A DNA stretch of 64,000 nt from NCBI GenBank assembly GCA_040381765.1, contig JBEIGU010000002.1, positions 9,298-73,297 on the forward strand, given 5' to 3'. The stretch is from Leptolyngbya sp. (GTDB lineage: Bacteria > Cyanobacteriota > Cyanobacteriia > Phormidesmidales > Phormidesmidaceae). Made by a program: the position numbers and the translations under genes. The notes under the pieces were generated by a model. The model did no database searches and was not told the DNA's origin. It was given only the letters and a program-made list of their open reading frames with translations. Positions 1-10,004 of this stretch are shown piece by piece; positions within the stretch are counted from its first letter, which is position 1, and each line of letters begins with the position of its first letter.

Positions 1-1
1 G

Positions 2-328
2 AGGAATTTTAGTAGCCTGCAGCTACGCCTGGCGGGGCTGCAGGAGCTACCCCCCCATTTCACCTCGGCGCCCCTGGGGATTGTGTTGCGCGATCGCCAC
101 GGCGGTGCCGTCCGCCTGGATCTACCCCCCACCACCACTGGGCTGAATCCCCTCATCCGGGACCCCGATACCTCCCCCTTCACCTACCCCGGCGCCCTGC
201 GCATTCCCCTGGCCCAGTTTCGGGGGGTGGACCTGGCGGCCTTGAGTAGTTTGGAGCTGCGATTTGACGGCATACCTGAGGGCGGGATCGATCTGGCGGG
301 AATCGAGTTTCTGGAAAGGACCGAGTAG
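2..328 (+). CDS. 3' end of a CDS that starts before the window; C-terminal beta-rich domain of unknown function
   Basis: Frame is open from base 2 (RNFSSLQLRL...) to TAG at 326-328; ends LRIPLAQFRGVDLAALSSLELRFDG...IEFL. Confidence 0.75.
   Translation, partial: RNFSSLQLRLAGLQELPPHFTSAPLGIVLRDRHGGAVRLDLPPTTTGLNPLIRDPDTSPFTYPGALRIPLAQFRGVDLAALSSLELRFDGIPEGGIDLAGIEFLERTE
90..97. repeat. HIP1 octamer (first of roughly 40-50 copies in the window)
   Basis: GCGATCGC, also at 2374 and 9270 and densely in 31-33 kb and 53-58 kb; only about 2 expected by chance. Confidence 0.95.
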
Positions 329-445
329 GTATGGTAACACTGTACCGAAATCAGCCTAGTACTAGGCGGTGTAAATTGTGCGCCCCTTCACGAGGGGGTC
401 AGTAGTCAGAGAGTAGAATACCCTTGCGGATTTCTTCCAGTGTAT

Positions 446-874
446 CTAGCGGCGCACCTGACCACTAAAGCCTGAGGCCCTAAACTGCTTGAGTTTAAGG
501 GGTTCCGGTTGATTGGCGGCGACCGAAATACGGATGGAAAAATTGCTTTCGCCAGGGGGTACTTCCTCAATGGCCCCTAGTCGATTGCGATTTTGCATCA
601 CCGGATTGTCGTTGGCATCGTAGATACGGCCAAAGATATCGGCATTAATGACGGGCTTGCCGGAGCGGTTAGTGGCCTTGCCCAAGATTAAATAGCACTT
701 GGCGGCCTGTATCGAGCCTGGGGTTACCATGCCCTCGGCGTATTCGGCCGGACAGGTTTCATAGTGCACATCGCTAAGCTCAATGGCGGTGAGGGCATGG
801 GCGGTTAGCCCCAGGGCACTACCCAGCCAGAGGCCAAGGACTAAAGTCAGGATTGTAATTGCCTGTCGAACCAT
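446..874 (-). CDS. Conserved cyanobacterial exported hypothetical protein
   Basis: ORF 446..931, likelier ATG at 874 (MVRQAITIL); signal-peptide-like N-terminus, two Cys, GRIYDANDNPV motif. Confidence 0.75.
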   Translation of the reverse strand: MVRQAITILTLVLGLWLGSALGLTAHALTAIELSDVHYETCPAEYAEGMVTPGSIQAAKCYLILGKATNRSGKPVINADIFGRIYDANDNPVMQNRNRLGAIEEVPPGESNFSIRISVAANQPEPLKLKQFRASGFSGQVRR

Positions 875-917
875 GGTCACCTCCTGGGGGGCCATACCCG
901 CCCCATAGTAATGGATA

Positions 918-1781
918 TTAATGGGTCTCAAGCCATTTCACCAATGCTTGACGCATGGTGTCCACTGGGGCTGGTTGCCCTAACCAAATGGAAAAGGCGG
1001 CGGCCCCCTGTTGCACCAGCATTTCCAACCCATCCAAGCGGGTCAACCCGCCCTCCGCTGCCAGTTGCAATAGGCGGGTGGGACGGGGACTGTAAACCAG
1101 GTCATAGACCGTGGCCTGGTCGGGCAACTGGGCCAGATCAAAACCACTGAGGGGGCTCTCGGTGGCCAGAGCACCCATGCCCAGGGGAGTGGTGTTGACC
1201 ACCAGATCCACCCCGGCTAAACAGTGGGGCAGGTGATCCCAGCTGTGTACCGTCAAGGGTGGCGACTGTAGGGATTTCGCCCAGTCTGCCTGGAAGGCGG
1301 CTAATTTATTGGTATGCCGACCCACCACGGTGATCGCCCCGAACCCCAGATGGGTGCAGCCCGCCACCACTGCCCTGGCAGCACCGCCATTACCTAGCAC
1401 CAGGGCCCGCGCCCCAGCCCAGTCCCGACTAGCAGTCAAGGGGGCGATGAAACCTGCCACATCGGTGTTGGTACCGGCCCAACCCTGGGCTGTGGGCCAG
1501 ACCGTATTCACCGCCCCGATCGCCGCGGCCTCCGGCGTCACCTCCGCCAGTAGGGGCAAAATGGCCTGCTTGTGGGGAATGGTGACACTAAAGCCTTGCA
1601 CTCCGATGGCCCGCAACCCCGCCACAGCAATGGCCAGATCCGCCGCTGCCACCGGCCAGGCCAGGTAAACATAGTCGAGACCCAACTCCGCCAGGGCAGC
1701 ATTATGCATGGTGGGGGAGAGACTGTGGCTAATCGGGTCACCAAGGACGCCGAGCAGTTGGGTGTGGGCGGTGATGGCCAT
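918..1781 (-). CDS. aroE: Shikimate dehydrogenase
   Basis: HSLSP, SVTIPHK, GAVNT, NTD, LGNGGAARA, DLVY, GLEMLVQQG motifs. Confidence 0.97.
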   Translation of the reverse strand: MAITAHTQLLGVLGDPISHSLSPTMHNAALAELGLDYVYLAWPVAAADLAIAVAGLRAIGVQGFSVTIPHKQAILPLLAEVTPEAAAIGAVNTVWPTAQGWAGTNTDVAGFIAPLTASRDWAGARALVLGNGGAARAVVAGCTHLGFGAITVVGRHTNKLAAFQADWAKSLQSPPLTVHSWDHLPHCLAGVDLVVNTTPLGMGALATESPLSGFDLAQLPDQATVYDLVYSPRPTRLLQLAAEGGLTRLDGLEMLVQQGAAAFSIWLGQPAPVDTMRQALVKWLETH

Positions 1782-1799
1782 AGGCTGGTCAGCAGCGGG

Positions 1800-3377
1800 C
1801 TACCTTTCCACTCTAGCCTGAAACCAGGCCACAATCTGGTCTACCACGGCATCAATGGAGAGACCGTCGGTGTTGAGTTCCAAGGCATCCTCCGCCCGCT
1901 TGAGGGGAGCTACCCGGCGGGTACTGTCCTTCAGATCCCGATCAGCGATGGTCTGCTCCAGCGTCTCCAGCTCCTCCAGGGGTTGCCCCTGAGACTGCAG
2001 GTCCCGCTGGCGGCGACGGGCCCGCTCCGCTACCGAAGCCGTCAAAAAGATTTTGAGTTCCGCCTGGGGAAATACCTGGGTACCAATGTCCCGTCCCTCC
2101 ATGACTACACCTCCCTGAAGGCCGTAGTCCTGCTGTTGTTGGAGCAGGACCTGGCGTACCACCGGCTGGGCAGCGATGGTAGAAACCAGGGCGGTGACGG
2201 CGGGTTGGCGAATCAGGGCGGTCACCTCCTGACCATTCAGCCAAATACGGCTGGGGTAGGCCGCCCAGGCGGGGTCATCGCCGGTGGCAGCCAGGTGTAA
2301 CTGGCAAGTGGGCATTAACTCCGCCACCGCCACCTCATCCTGGGGGTCTATGCCCTGCTCTAGAACGCGCCAGGCGATCGCCCGGTACATGGCCCCACTA
2401 TCCAGGTAGAGAAGATGGAGTCGTTGGGCCACCTGACGGGCTACGGTGGACTTGCCGGCGCCGGCAGGACCATCGATGGCCACAATTGGTTGGCGTTGCC
2501 GCAGCAGAATGTTATCGATCAGACGAGTGGCCCCAAGGTGGGCCGCCACCGCCAACAATCCTACGGTCTCCACCTGCTCCAGGGGAATAAGGCTATGGGG
2601 GTGAACCAGTTCAATATATTGGGGGGTGAGGCTTGGCACCGTAGCCCATTCGTCCTGGACGGCAGCAATCAGGGCGGCCGTCCGCCGCTCACCGGCCTGG
2701 AACTGGGCCTGGGCCCGTTGTAGTCCTCTGTAGACCACCGGTGCCTGTTGCCGCTCCGCCCCACTCAGGTAGGTGTTGCGGGAACTCAGGGCCAGGCCAT
2801 CGCTCTCTCGAATGGTAGGGCAATCCACCAGTTGACTGGACAGGTTGAGATCCCGAACTATCTGGCGTAAAATCGCCACCTGCTGAGCATCTTTGCGACC
2901 CAGGTAGGTGCGATCGGGGCGCACCAGGTTAAGTAACTTCGTCACCACCGTCGCTACCCCCTGAAAATGACCCGGTCGATGGGGGCCGCACAGCACCCTC
3001 AGCATCGCCCCCGGCGGCACCACCTGGGTGAGGGCCTCAGTCTGGGGCTGGGGAGTACCGTAGAGCTGTTCCACGCTGGGCATAAACACCACATCCACCC
3101 CCGCCTGATTACACATCTCCAGATCCGCCCCAGGGGTACGAGGGTAGGTGGCCAGATCCTCCCCCTGGGCAAATTGGGTTGGGTTGACGAAAATACTCAC
3201 CACCACCAGATTATTTTCCTGACGAGCCCGATCAAGCAGGCTGCGGTGACCCTGGTGAAGGTTACCCATGGTAGGCACCAGCCCCACCGTCAAGGGTTCA
3301 GCCCAGCCCTTTAGGGGCGAACGGCGACATTGGTGGAGATAGCAGGTTAGGCCTGCCCCAGTCTTAAGTACCCGCAC
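1800..3377 (-). CDS. panC-cmk: Bifunctional pantoate-beta-alanine ligase / cytidylate kinase
   Basis: PTMGNLHQGH, SIFVNPTQF and RLIDN, then IAIDGPAGAGKST and MEGRDIG; likely GTG start at 3377 (ORF open to 3401). Confidence 0.96.
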   Translation of the reverse strand: MRVLKTGAGLTCYLHQCRRSPLKGWAEPLTVGLVPTMGNLHQGHRSLLDRARQENNLVVVSIFVNPTQFAQGEDLATYPRTPGADLEMCNQAGVDVVFMPSVEQLYGTPQPQTEALTQVVPPGAMLRVLCGPHRPGHFQGVATVVTKLLNLVRPDRTYLGRKDAQQVAILRQIVRDLNLSSQLVDCPTIRESDGLALSSRNTYLSGAERQQAPVVYRGLQRAQAQFQAGERRTAALIAAVQDEWATVPSLTPQYIELVHPHSLIPLEQVETVGLLAVAAHLGATRLIDNILLRQRQPIVAIDGPAGAGKSTVARQVAQRLHLLYLDSGAMYRAIAWRVLEQGIDPQDEVAVAELMPTCQLHLAATGDDPAWAAYPSRIWLNGQEVTALIRQPAVTALVSTIAAQPVVRQVLLQQQQDYGLQGGVVMEGRDIGTQVFPQAELKIFLTASVAERARRRQRDLQSQGQPLEELETLEQTIADRDLKDSTRRVAPLKRAEDALELNTDGLSIDAVVDQIVAWFQARVER

Positions 3378-3663
3378 CCCTCTTTGCCTCCACCGTTCCA
3401 ACTTGCCTGTGACAGATTAACATCTGACCACCCTAGAGCAAAGACATTGTTCTAGCTCGCTAATCTTAGGAGATTAGTGTTCCGTTCTCTGTTGACAGTA
3501 TGTTCCCCCTTTCTTCTGCGGCTATCCTCCCTAGTTTCCCGTTTACTGGGTGGCAAAAAATAACCCTCCAGACTTATAGTGCAGGAAGGTTAGCAAAGTT
3601 TAGGGAAAATCCGACTGCAGGTCATCACCTGCCTTCGCTTGGGAAACAGGATACCAACAGTGC

Positions 3664-4659
3664 CTATTGACTCGCCAACACCTCAATCGCAACCCGGCCT
3701 ACTCCAGCGGCCCTCAAACCAATTTGGTTAGCGGCGGCGGTGGAAAGATCAATCACGCGACCATGACCGTAGGGACCGCGATCGTTAATACGAACTACAA
3801 CCTGTTGTCCCGTATTCAGGTTGGTGACCCGTACCCGGGTGCCAAAGGGCAGAGTGCGATGAGCCGCCGTCAAGGCATTTTGATTAAACACCTCGCCACT
3901 GGCGCTACGTCGACCGTGGAACCCAGGACCATACCAGGATGCCATACCGGTCAGGTTGGAAAGCGCAGCCCGTGGCGTGGAAGCAGGGGGAGCGACAAGC
4001 TCAGGTAGTCCCTCCACCCTGGCCAGAGCAGGAGCATTGCCAAGCAGGCGGCGGAGACGGTTAGCCACCTGCAGGGTATCCTCTGAGAGATTACCGGTGG
4101 TGTCAGGCAAAATTGCCTGACCGTTAATGATAATTAAATCTTCCTTCGCCCAACTGACCAGGTAGGCATCTCGATCATTATCCCAACGGGCGGAAATTTG
4201 ATTTGGGTCGGAGATCTCTGCTAGGTGTTCTAAACGACTCACCAATTGCTGCGCTCGCAGGAGAACGTCGGAGACAGCATTAGCGTCACTGTTGGACTTT
4301 AGATCTACTATGTTAGCTACCCCATTGCCAATCAAGGTAACTACTGGCAAAGACTGAACGTAAATGGTGGCTGCCTGTCGATCGTCGAGAAAATGATTAA
4401 GAACCATTAAATTAGGGTCACCAGTGGACTTGGCCAAAGGTGAAGGCTGCGCCAACCGAGCGGAGTCTTGAATCGAACCTTCTCCAGATAAGGAGGTAAC
4501 ATTTACCACCAGATCCTGTTCAGGCAGGGAGGTGGCGTAGCCCGGTATGGTTTGAATAGGGGCAAGTTCGCCATAAGTTTGGGCCTGGACTGAAATCTGT
4601 GCTCCAACTATGGACAGGGAAACGGCAACCGCTAGCCTGCCCAATCTAAAATATTTCAT
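3664..4659 (-). CDS. rlpA: Septal-ring lytic transglycosylase RlpA family protein
   Basis: C-terminal DPBB domain ASWYGPGFHG...TAAHRTLPFGT...RINDRGP...IDLS; N-terminal signal; ATG at 4659. Confidence 0.92.
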   Translation of the reverse strand: MKYFRLGRLAVAVSLSIVGAQISVQAQTYGELAPIQTIPGYATSLPEQDLVVNVTSLSGEGSIQDSARLAQPSPLAKSTGDPNLMVLNHFLDDRQAATIYVQSLPVVTLIGNGVANIVDLKSNSDANAVSDVLLRAQQLVSRLEHLAEISDPNQISARWDNDRDAYLVSWAKEDLIIINGQAILPDTTGNLSEDTLQVANRLRRLLGNAPALARVEGLPELVAPPASTPRAALSNLTGMASWYGPGFHGRRSASGEVFNQNALTAAHRTLPFGTRVRVTNLNTGQQVVVRINDRGPYGHGRVIDLSTAAANQIGLRAAGVGRVAIEVLASQ

Positions 4660-5281
4660 ACACACCAGAAGAGATCAACAAAGAGAGAAACTGCTCAACC
4701 CTGCAACCCTGGAGGCAACAGAGCAGGTGCCTAGGGCAACCTTATGGCCTGTTCTCGTTACAAATGTTTACTCTTAACTATCTATGGTTAGGTAACTTAG
4801 CATGAACCTCTCGGATTGAAAATCCGTGGTTTTCTTTGGGAACTAATTCTTCGTCGAAGAATATTTCTCCAGATCCTCCTCCCAAAAACCACCAATCTTC
4901 TACAGGACTTAGACTCCAAGCAACTCAGCAGGGTTTATTTTACTTTTGATTTTCTTATAGGTTTTCACTTTCTCTTATGGAAAATTCATGAGTCTATTTG
5001 CTTAGGCCACACTCCAGCAGAGAGAGTTCAGCAGAAAAAGCTGATATATTGGATCCTAAAAACCATAAGAAACCTCCCTGAACCCTGAGGAAATTACCCC
5101 TGGTAGAACTGGCTCTACAGACCATTCCCGCCCTAAAGGGTGGGAAAATAATCAAGTAATAGTATTGCCTTTACTATGGTCCCCCGTGACCACCCTGCTC
5201 TTGCGCCAATGCCGCTGGCCTGCCGATGGTTTGGCGGCTTGGGCAGAGCGCTTCAAGTCCCTCTGATGGAGGATCTTTGCC

Positions 5282-6331
5282 ATGGATTATCGTGAGGCTG
5301 GCGTAGATGTGGTGGCCGGGCGAGAGTTTGTTCAGCGTATCCGATCGCTGGTGGACAGTACCCGACGACCTGAAGTTTTAGGCAGTTTGGGAGGATTCAG
5401 TGGGCTCTGCCAAATCCCTACGGGCTACCGAGAACCGATTCTGGTATCCGGCACCGATGGGGTAGGTACAAAGCTAAAGATTGCCCAGGTTATGCACCAG
5501 CATCAGACTATCGGTATTGATTTAGTGGCCATGTGTGCCAACGACATTTTAACCAGTGGGGCAGAGCCGCTATTTTTCCTAGACTATTTAGCCACTGGAA
5601 AGCTAGACCCCGAAACCCTGACCCAGGTGGTGGAGGGTATTGCTGCCGGCTGCCGTCAAGCTGGCTGCGCCCTGCTAGGGGGAGAGACAGCGGAAATGCC
5701 TGGCTTTTATAGTCCTGGAGAGTACGACCTGGCGGGGTTCTGCGTTGGTGTCGTGGAAAGGTCTGAGGTCTTAGACGGCCGCCAGGTGCAACTAGGGGAT
5801 CGGGTGGTGGGGCTGGCCAGTAGTGGCGTCCACAGTAACGGTCTGAGCCTGGCGCGTCGTATTGTCGAACAGGGAGACCGTTCAGATCGGGCCGGGCAAG
5901 GCTATAGCTGGACCGAGGCTATTACCAGCCTAGGAAAGCAAACCCTGGGGGAAATTTTCCTCACTCCCACCCGTCTCTACGTACAACCCATCCTTAAGGC
6001 CCGATCAGCTGGGCTAACTATCCACGGCATGGCCCATATCACCGGTGGTGGATTGCCCGAAAATCTACCACGCTGTTTGGCTGAGGGACAAAGCATATCC
6101 ATAAACCCTTCCAGTTGGCCAGTGCCTGACCTATTTAAGTGGCTGTCTCAAACTGGCGGAGTATCTGGGTCAGAAATGTACAACACTTTTAACATGGGCA
6201 TCGGGTTTACTGTAGTGTTGCCGCCCGAACAAGTATCCCAGGGGATAGTCTGGTTTCAAGATCACGGCTTAGCTGCCTATGCGATCGGTGAGGTAGTAGA
6301 GGGCAAAGGGGACATCATGGGACTAATCTAA
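5282..6331 (+). CDS. purM: Phosphoribosylformylglycinamidine cyclo-ligase (AIR synthetase)
   Basis: [39 protein letters not shown]. Confidence 0.98.
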   Translation: MDYREAGVDVVAGREFVQRIRSLVDSTRRPEVLGSLGGFSGLCQIPTGYREPILVSGTDGVGTKLKIAQVMHQHQTIGIDLVAMCANDILTSGAEPLFFLDYLATGKLDPETLTQVVEGIAAGCRQAGCALLGGETAEMPGFYSPGEYDLAGFCVGVVERSEVLDGRQVQLGDRVVGLASSGVHSNGLSLARRIVEQGDRSDRAGQGYSWTEAITSLGKQTLGEIFLTPTRLYVQPILKARSAGLTIHGMAHITGGGLPENLPRCLAEGQSISINPSSWPVPDLFKWLSQTGGVSGSEMYNTFNMGIGFTVVLPPEQVSQGIVWFQDHGLAAYAIGEVVEGKGDIMGLI

Positions 6332-7131
6332 TAGGCTAGACTAACCATCTTAGCCTTTTCAGTTTTTCCTATAGAGTCAGGGGAATAGGTGACCTCCTCG
6401 ACCATGCCAGGCTTACCTAGGGGAGTCACAGGGTTATTGTTGTAGCTGACCATAACACCCCCGGCGTTACCAGCCCGAATGGTCAAGGCCTGCTTAGCCT
6501 GTAGAAGACGAGTATCACCGGGCTGCAAAATTCCCTCAAACTCCGTAGTACCGTCAGTGACAATGCGCAACCAGGAGGGAGAGGTCAGGGTCATCTCCAC
6601 CTCAATCGGAGAATCGGGGGGAGTTGGCTGAGCCTTGGGAACAGGGGTGGAGGGAGTAGATGGAGTTTGCAGCTGACTTTGATTGAGAGGGTCTAGGGGA
6701 GGTAATGCCGATAATTCTGGAGCATTACGTCGTAAGAGATAGGAAAGACCACTGATAGCAGTTATTAAAACAATAATGTAGGTGAAATAAAGGTGGAGGG
6801 GACGTAACTGGGCCGCGGAGAAATCTTTCGACCTGGTCGGATGAAGCATCGTGGATGTAGGTACAGACAACCGACCAACCAAAGCTTCTCCATCTAGGCC
6901 CAATGCTTCACCGTACCGGCGAATTAAACCCCTCAAATAAACGAGTTCTGGTAAGCTATGGAAATTGCCTTGCTCAATAGCAGTCAATAGGCTAGGGCGA
7001 ATAAAAGTCCTGGTAGCCATTGATTCAAGGGTATAACCCTGAGTTTGGCGGGTAGTCTGGAGAATATGACCAACTTCTACCAGTTGTTCTTGGTAATCAG
7101 CACTTCGGCCTACCAACGATTTTGTCTTCAT
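6328..7131 (-). CDS. rodZ: RodZ-like protein (HTH + TM + DUF4115-type C-terminal domain)
   Basis: HTH with [19 protein letters not shown], one TM, Pro-rich linker, SWLRI..DG and RAGNAGGV; ATG at 7131 (ORF open to 7290). Confidence 0.82.
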   Translation of the reverse strand: MKTKSLVGRSADYQEQLVEVGHILQTTRQTQGYTLESMATRTFIRPSLLTAIEQGNFHSLPELVYLRGLIRRYGEALGLDGEALVGRLSVPTSTMLHPTRSKDFSAAQLRPLHLYFTYIIVLITAISGLSYLLRRNAPELSALPPLDPLNQSQLQTPSTPSTPVPKAQPTPPDSPIEVEMTLTSPSWLRIVTDGTTEFEGILQPGDTRLLQAKQALTIRAGNAGGVMVSYNNNPVTPLGKPGMVEEVTYSPDSIGKTEKAKMVSLAY

Positions 7132-7316
7132 ACAAGGAACATAGACTGGAAAACAACAGGGGGGCACAGGACTGCAGTCAAAAGCTATCAATCGAAAAAG
7201 ACTTGAGGAGCACCTAAGAGAGTTACTACAATCTTGGTTGTTAAATTTCCTAAACACCATAACATTACGCAGGACATCTATCAAAGTCAACTTTTAAGAT
7301 TCAGGAATTTCCAGTG

Positions 7317-7375
7317 TAAACCTCGTCTAGCTTGAAACCTGGAGTTTTTCACCCTGCGCGAAGCAAGCTACACCC
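7317..7375 (+). repeat. 59-bp dispersed repeat, copy 1
   Basis: 52/59 identical, ungapped, to 43159..43217 (manual alignment). Confidence 0.9.
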
Positions 7376-7432
7376 CTGGTTGACTGACAAAACATTGGCT
7401 TACGGCGGTTCAAGTTGCTGCTATCCAGACGA

Positions 7433-7550
7433 AGTCGGCCTTCGCCGACTGACCCATAACTCGCGTAGGCGGGTTTTGCCTGTCTAGGCGCGGCTTCTAG
7501 CCGCCAGCGCGGCGAACTATACCTGAGCCCTTTTCAAACAACCTCTCAGG
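7433..7550. repeat. Cluster of REP-like GC-rich hairpins
   Basis: agtcggc-cttc-gccgact (7433-7450), aactcgc-gtag-gcgggtt (7458-7475), gcggct-tct-agccgc (7490-7504), cctgag-N17-ctcagg (7522-7550). Confidence 0.65.
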
Positions 7551-7641
7551 CGGATGCCAGGCTAATTAGAATATATAGCCGTAGCCATCTGGCCGGCGGA
7601 CAGGAACTAGAACGCCTGCCTGTACCCACCAGTATTAGTTT

Positions 7642-8400
7642 TTATAAAGTTGGGTGGTGTTTCGATAGTAAAGCCTGAATTTCTTCGTTGCTTAAGGATC
7701 GATAATCGCCACAGGCAAGGTCACCCAGCCAGACACTGCCCACCGCCAACCGATGTAAACTAATTACTCGATGACCGAAGATCGCCGCCATGCGGCGAAT
7801 TTGGCGATTACGACCCTCCCACAAGGTAATCTCCAAAACACTACTGTAGGCATCGGGCCGACTGACTTTCTTAACCTGGGCCGGCCGGGTTAGTTTGCCG
7901 TTGAGTTGCACCCCCTGCCGCCAACTGGCTAAGGCTTGCGGAGAAAGGGTACCCTCTAAATGGACACGATAAACCTTGGCGATATCGTGCTTAGGGTGGG
8001 TCAGGCGATGGGTAAAGTCACCATCGTTGCTCATTAACAGGGCACCAGTAGAATAGACATCCAATCGCCCTACAGGATGTAGGCCAAGATCTCGAAGTCG
8101 ACGGGGAAGGGCGTCTAAGATGGTCGGCCTACCCTCGGGATCGTAGCAGGTGCAAACCATACCCAAGGGTTTATGAAGCAATAGGTAGTGACTTGGAGGA
8201 CGGGAATCTGGCTTCAGGGGGCGATTGTCGATCGCTACCTGGTCGCACCTCAAATCAGCCCGTTGACCTAAATAGGCCGGTTGACCATTGACCGTAACTC
8301 GACCTTGAAGGATCCAAGTCTCTGCTTCGCGACGAGAAGCTAGGCCATGCTGGGCAATGAGTTTTTGTAAACGCTCTAGTTGCGACCCATCGGATACCAT
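7642..8400 (-). CDS. rRNA pseudouridine synthase, RsuA/RluB family
   Basis: S4 domain (ASRREAE...GRVTVNG), HKP, VGRLD, EGRNRQIRRM. Confidence 0.95.
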   Translation of the reverse strand: MVSDGSQLERLQKLIAQHGLASRREAETWILQGRVTVNGQPAYLGQRADLRCDQVAIDNRPLKPDSRPPSHYLLLHKPLGMVCTCYDPEGRPTILDALPRRLRDLGLHPVGRLDVYSTGALLMSNDGDFTHRLTHPKHDIAKVYRVHLEGTLSPQALASWRQGVQLNGKLTRPAQVKKVSRPDAYSSVLEITLWEGRNRQIRRMAAIFGHRVISLHRLAVGSVWLGDLACGDYRSLSNEEIQALLSKHHPTL

Positions 8401-8528
8401 AGAATAGAATTAATTAGTAATACAGTATACGCATAGCTACGACAATATCTCTGATTGCAGGACATAAGGTTAGTAGACCCTATCCTAAGCCTGCCCATCA
8501 AAGCTATTTAATCATGCCTCTCAGTCTC

Positions 8529-9848
8529 CTAGGTCGGCGTTTCGCTTTCTGGGTCAGCCGGTATCTCTAGGGTTAACCAGCCCCCCCCAAGGTCGGGATG
8601 GTTAACCGCCTTAATGGTGCCACCATGGGCTGCGACTATTTGATTGACGATGGCTAAGCCCAACCCATTGCCACGGCTAGTGGCAATGGGTGAGTCAGCA
8701 TCCACAGTTGGCTGACTGCGACTGCGGGAGGGATCAGCCCGATAGAATCGGTCAAAGATGTAGGGTAAGTCTTTGCTGTTAAAGCCCGAGCCTTGATCGA
8801 TTACCTCCAAAATAAACCCACCCAACTCGGGGGCATCAGCGACGGGGGTTGGTGAGGAGACCTTAAGGTGAATCTGGGTTTGCGGGGGACTATGCTTGAT
8901 GGCGTTATCAATCAAGTTAAGTACTACCCGCAGAAATAGGGCTTCATCCAAATTAGCCCAGTGGTGCTCTGGGCCCTGGTAGTGGAGGGTCAGCCGTTTA
9001 ACCTGAGCCAGGGGCTCTAGACTTTGCCAGGCAGAGTAGATTAAGGTTGGCAAATCTACTGGTCTACGGGCTAACCCCTGGGAAGGGTTGGCTTGCAACC
9101 GACTGAGGTTGAGGAGGTCCTCCACCAAATGACTGAGGCGAATAGTTTCGTTGACGAGGCGATCAAGCCAAATCTTGGTTTCTGACTCGACTCGAGATTG
9201 CAGGGTCTCCGCCACCAGACGGATGGAGGTGAGAGGGGTTTTGAGTTCATGGGCCACATCGGAAGTCCAGCGATCGCGTTGTTGCAGCAAAAGAGTAACC
9301 TCCTGGCGATTTTCTAAAAATACCCCTACATCGCAGTGAGGTAGGGGAATGGCGTAGCCGCGCAGGGGATAGGTGGGCTCTTCCTTAGGGTGAATAGGAT
9401 CAGGGGAAATCTGATAAAGCATCCACTCTCGCTGACAGGGCACCTGGCACTGCCTGGCCTCATCAATCAAGGCATCCAATTCATAGGAGCGGGCCACCTC
9501 CAGCAATAACCGTCGCCGCTGCACCGATCCCATGGAGGGTTGGTTCATGCGCAGCAGGCGATTAGCCTCGTTATTGCACCAAATTAGACGATTTTCATCA
9601 TCCACCTGTAAATATCCTACAGGCGCCACCTGCAAAATATACTCTAGGGTGTCTCGACGGTTACCAAGGAATTGCAACTGTTGCTGCTGCTCTGGCTGAT
9701 CCGCTAGCAATTCTTGCAAACGGAGAAGGGCTGATGACCAGGAGCGAGCCTTTACCAAACTGAGAATACGCCCTTCAAACTGTCGCTGTCGCCATATAAA
9801 AAATGAGGCAGCAGTAACTAACCCTATCAGGTACCAGAGTATGGCCAC
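8529..9848 (-). CDS. sphS: Sensor histidine kinase, PhoR/SphS type
   Basis: SDVAHELKTPLTSIRL H-box, NLIDNAIKHS, DQGSG, FDRFYRADPSR, GLGLAIV; N-terminal TM and PAS-like region. Confidence 0.85.
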   Translation of the reverse strand: MAILWYLIGLVTAASFFIWRQRQFEGRILSLVKARSWSSALLRLQELLADQPEQQQQLQFLGNRRDTLEYILQVAPVGYLQVDDENRLIWCNNEANRLLRMNQPSMGSVQRRRLLLEVARSYELDALIDEARQCQVPCQREWMLYQISPDPIHPKEEPTYPLRGYAIPLPHCDVGVFLENRQEVTLLLQQRDRWTSDVAHELKTPLTSIRLVAETLQSRVESETKIWLDRLVNETIRLSHLVEDLLNLSRLQANPSQGLARRPVDLPTLIYSAWQSLEPLAQVKRLTLHYQGPEHHWANLDEALFLRVVLNLIDNAIKHSPPQTQIHLKVSSPTPVADAPELGGFILEVIDQGSGFNSKDLPYIFDRFYRADPSRSRSQPTVDADSPIATSRGNGLGLAIVNQIVAAHGGTIKAVNHPDLGGGWLTLEIPADPESETPT

Positions 9849-10004
9849 TGCCGTAGAAATAAAATAATCCAGGATGCTTAGACAATCTACTATTTAAGGC
9901 TACTGCAAAAAGACGCCTTTTAACCGATCTAATGAGACCTACATTAATCAGCGATAACTATGAACGGAGTCTGGGCGTAAACGCCAAAACCCTTGGGATT
10001 AGTC

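Noticed and set aside
354-398. 14-bp palindrome gcctagtactaggc and a cccct/agggg hairpin
   Set aside because: Lies between convergent genes, where terminator-type hairpins are the ordinary explanation.
1572-2300. 242-aa plus-strand ORF, representative of many long antisense or alternate-frame ORFs (also 39313..39936, 49752..50219, 54385..55056, 56908..57657)
   Set aside because: Each overlaps a well-supported gene and has no recognisable motif; such shadow ORFs are expected in GC-rich coding DNA.
4816-5088. 90-aa ORF in the rlpA/purM gap
   Set aside because: TTG start, no SD, low-complexity product from AT-rich promoter DNA.
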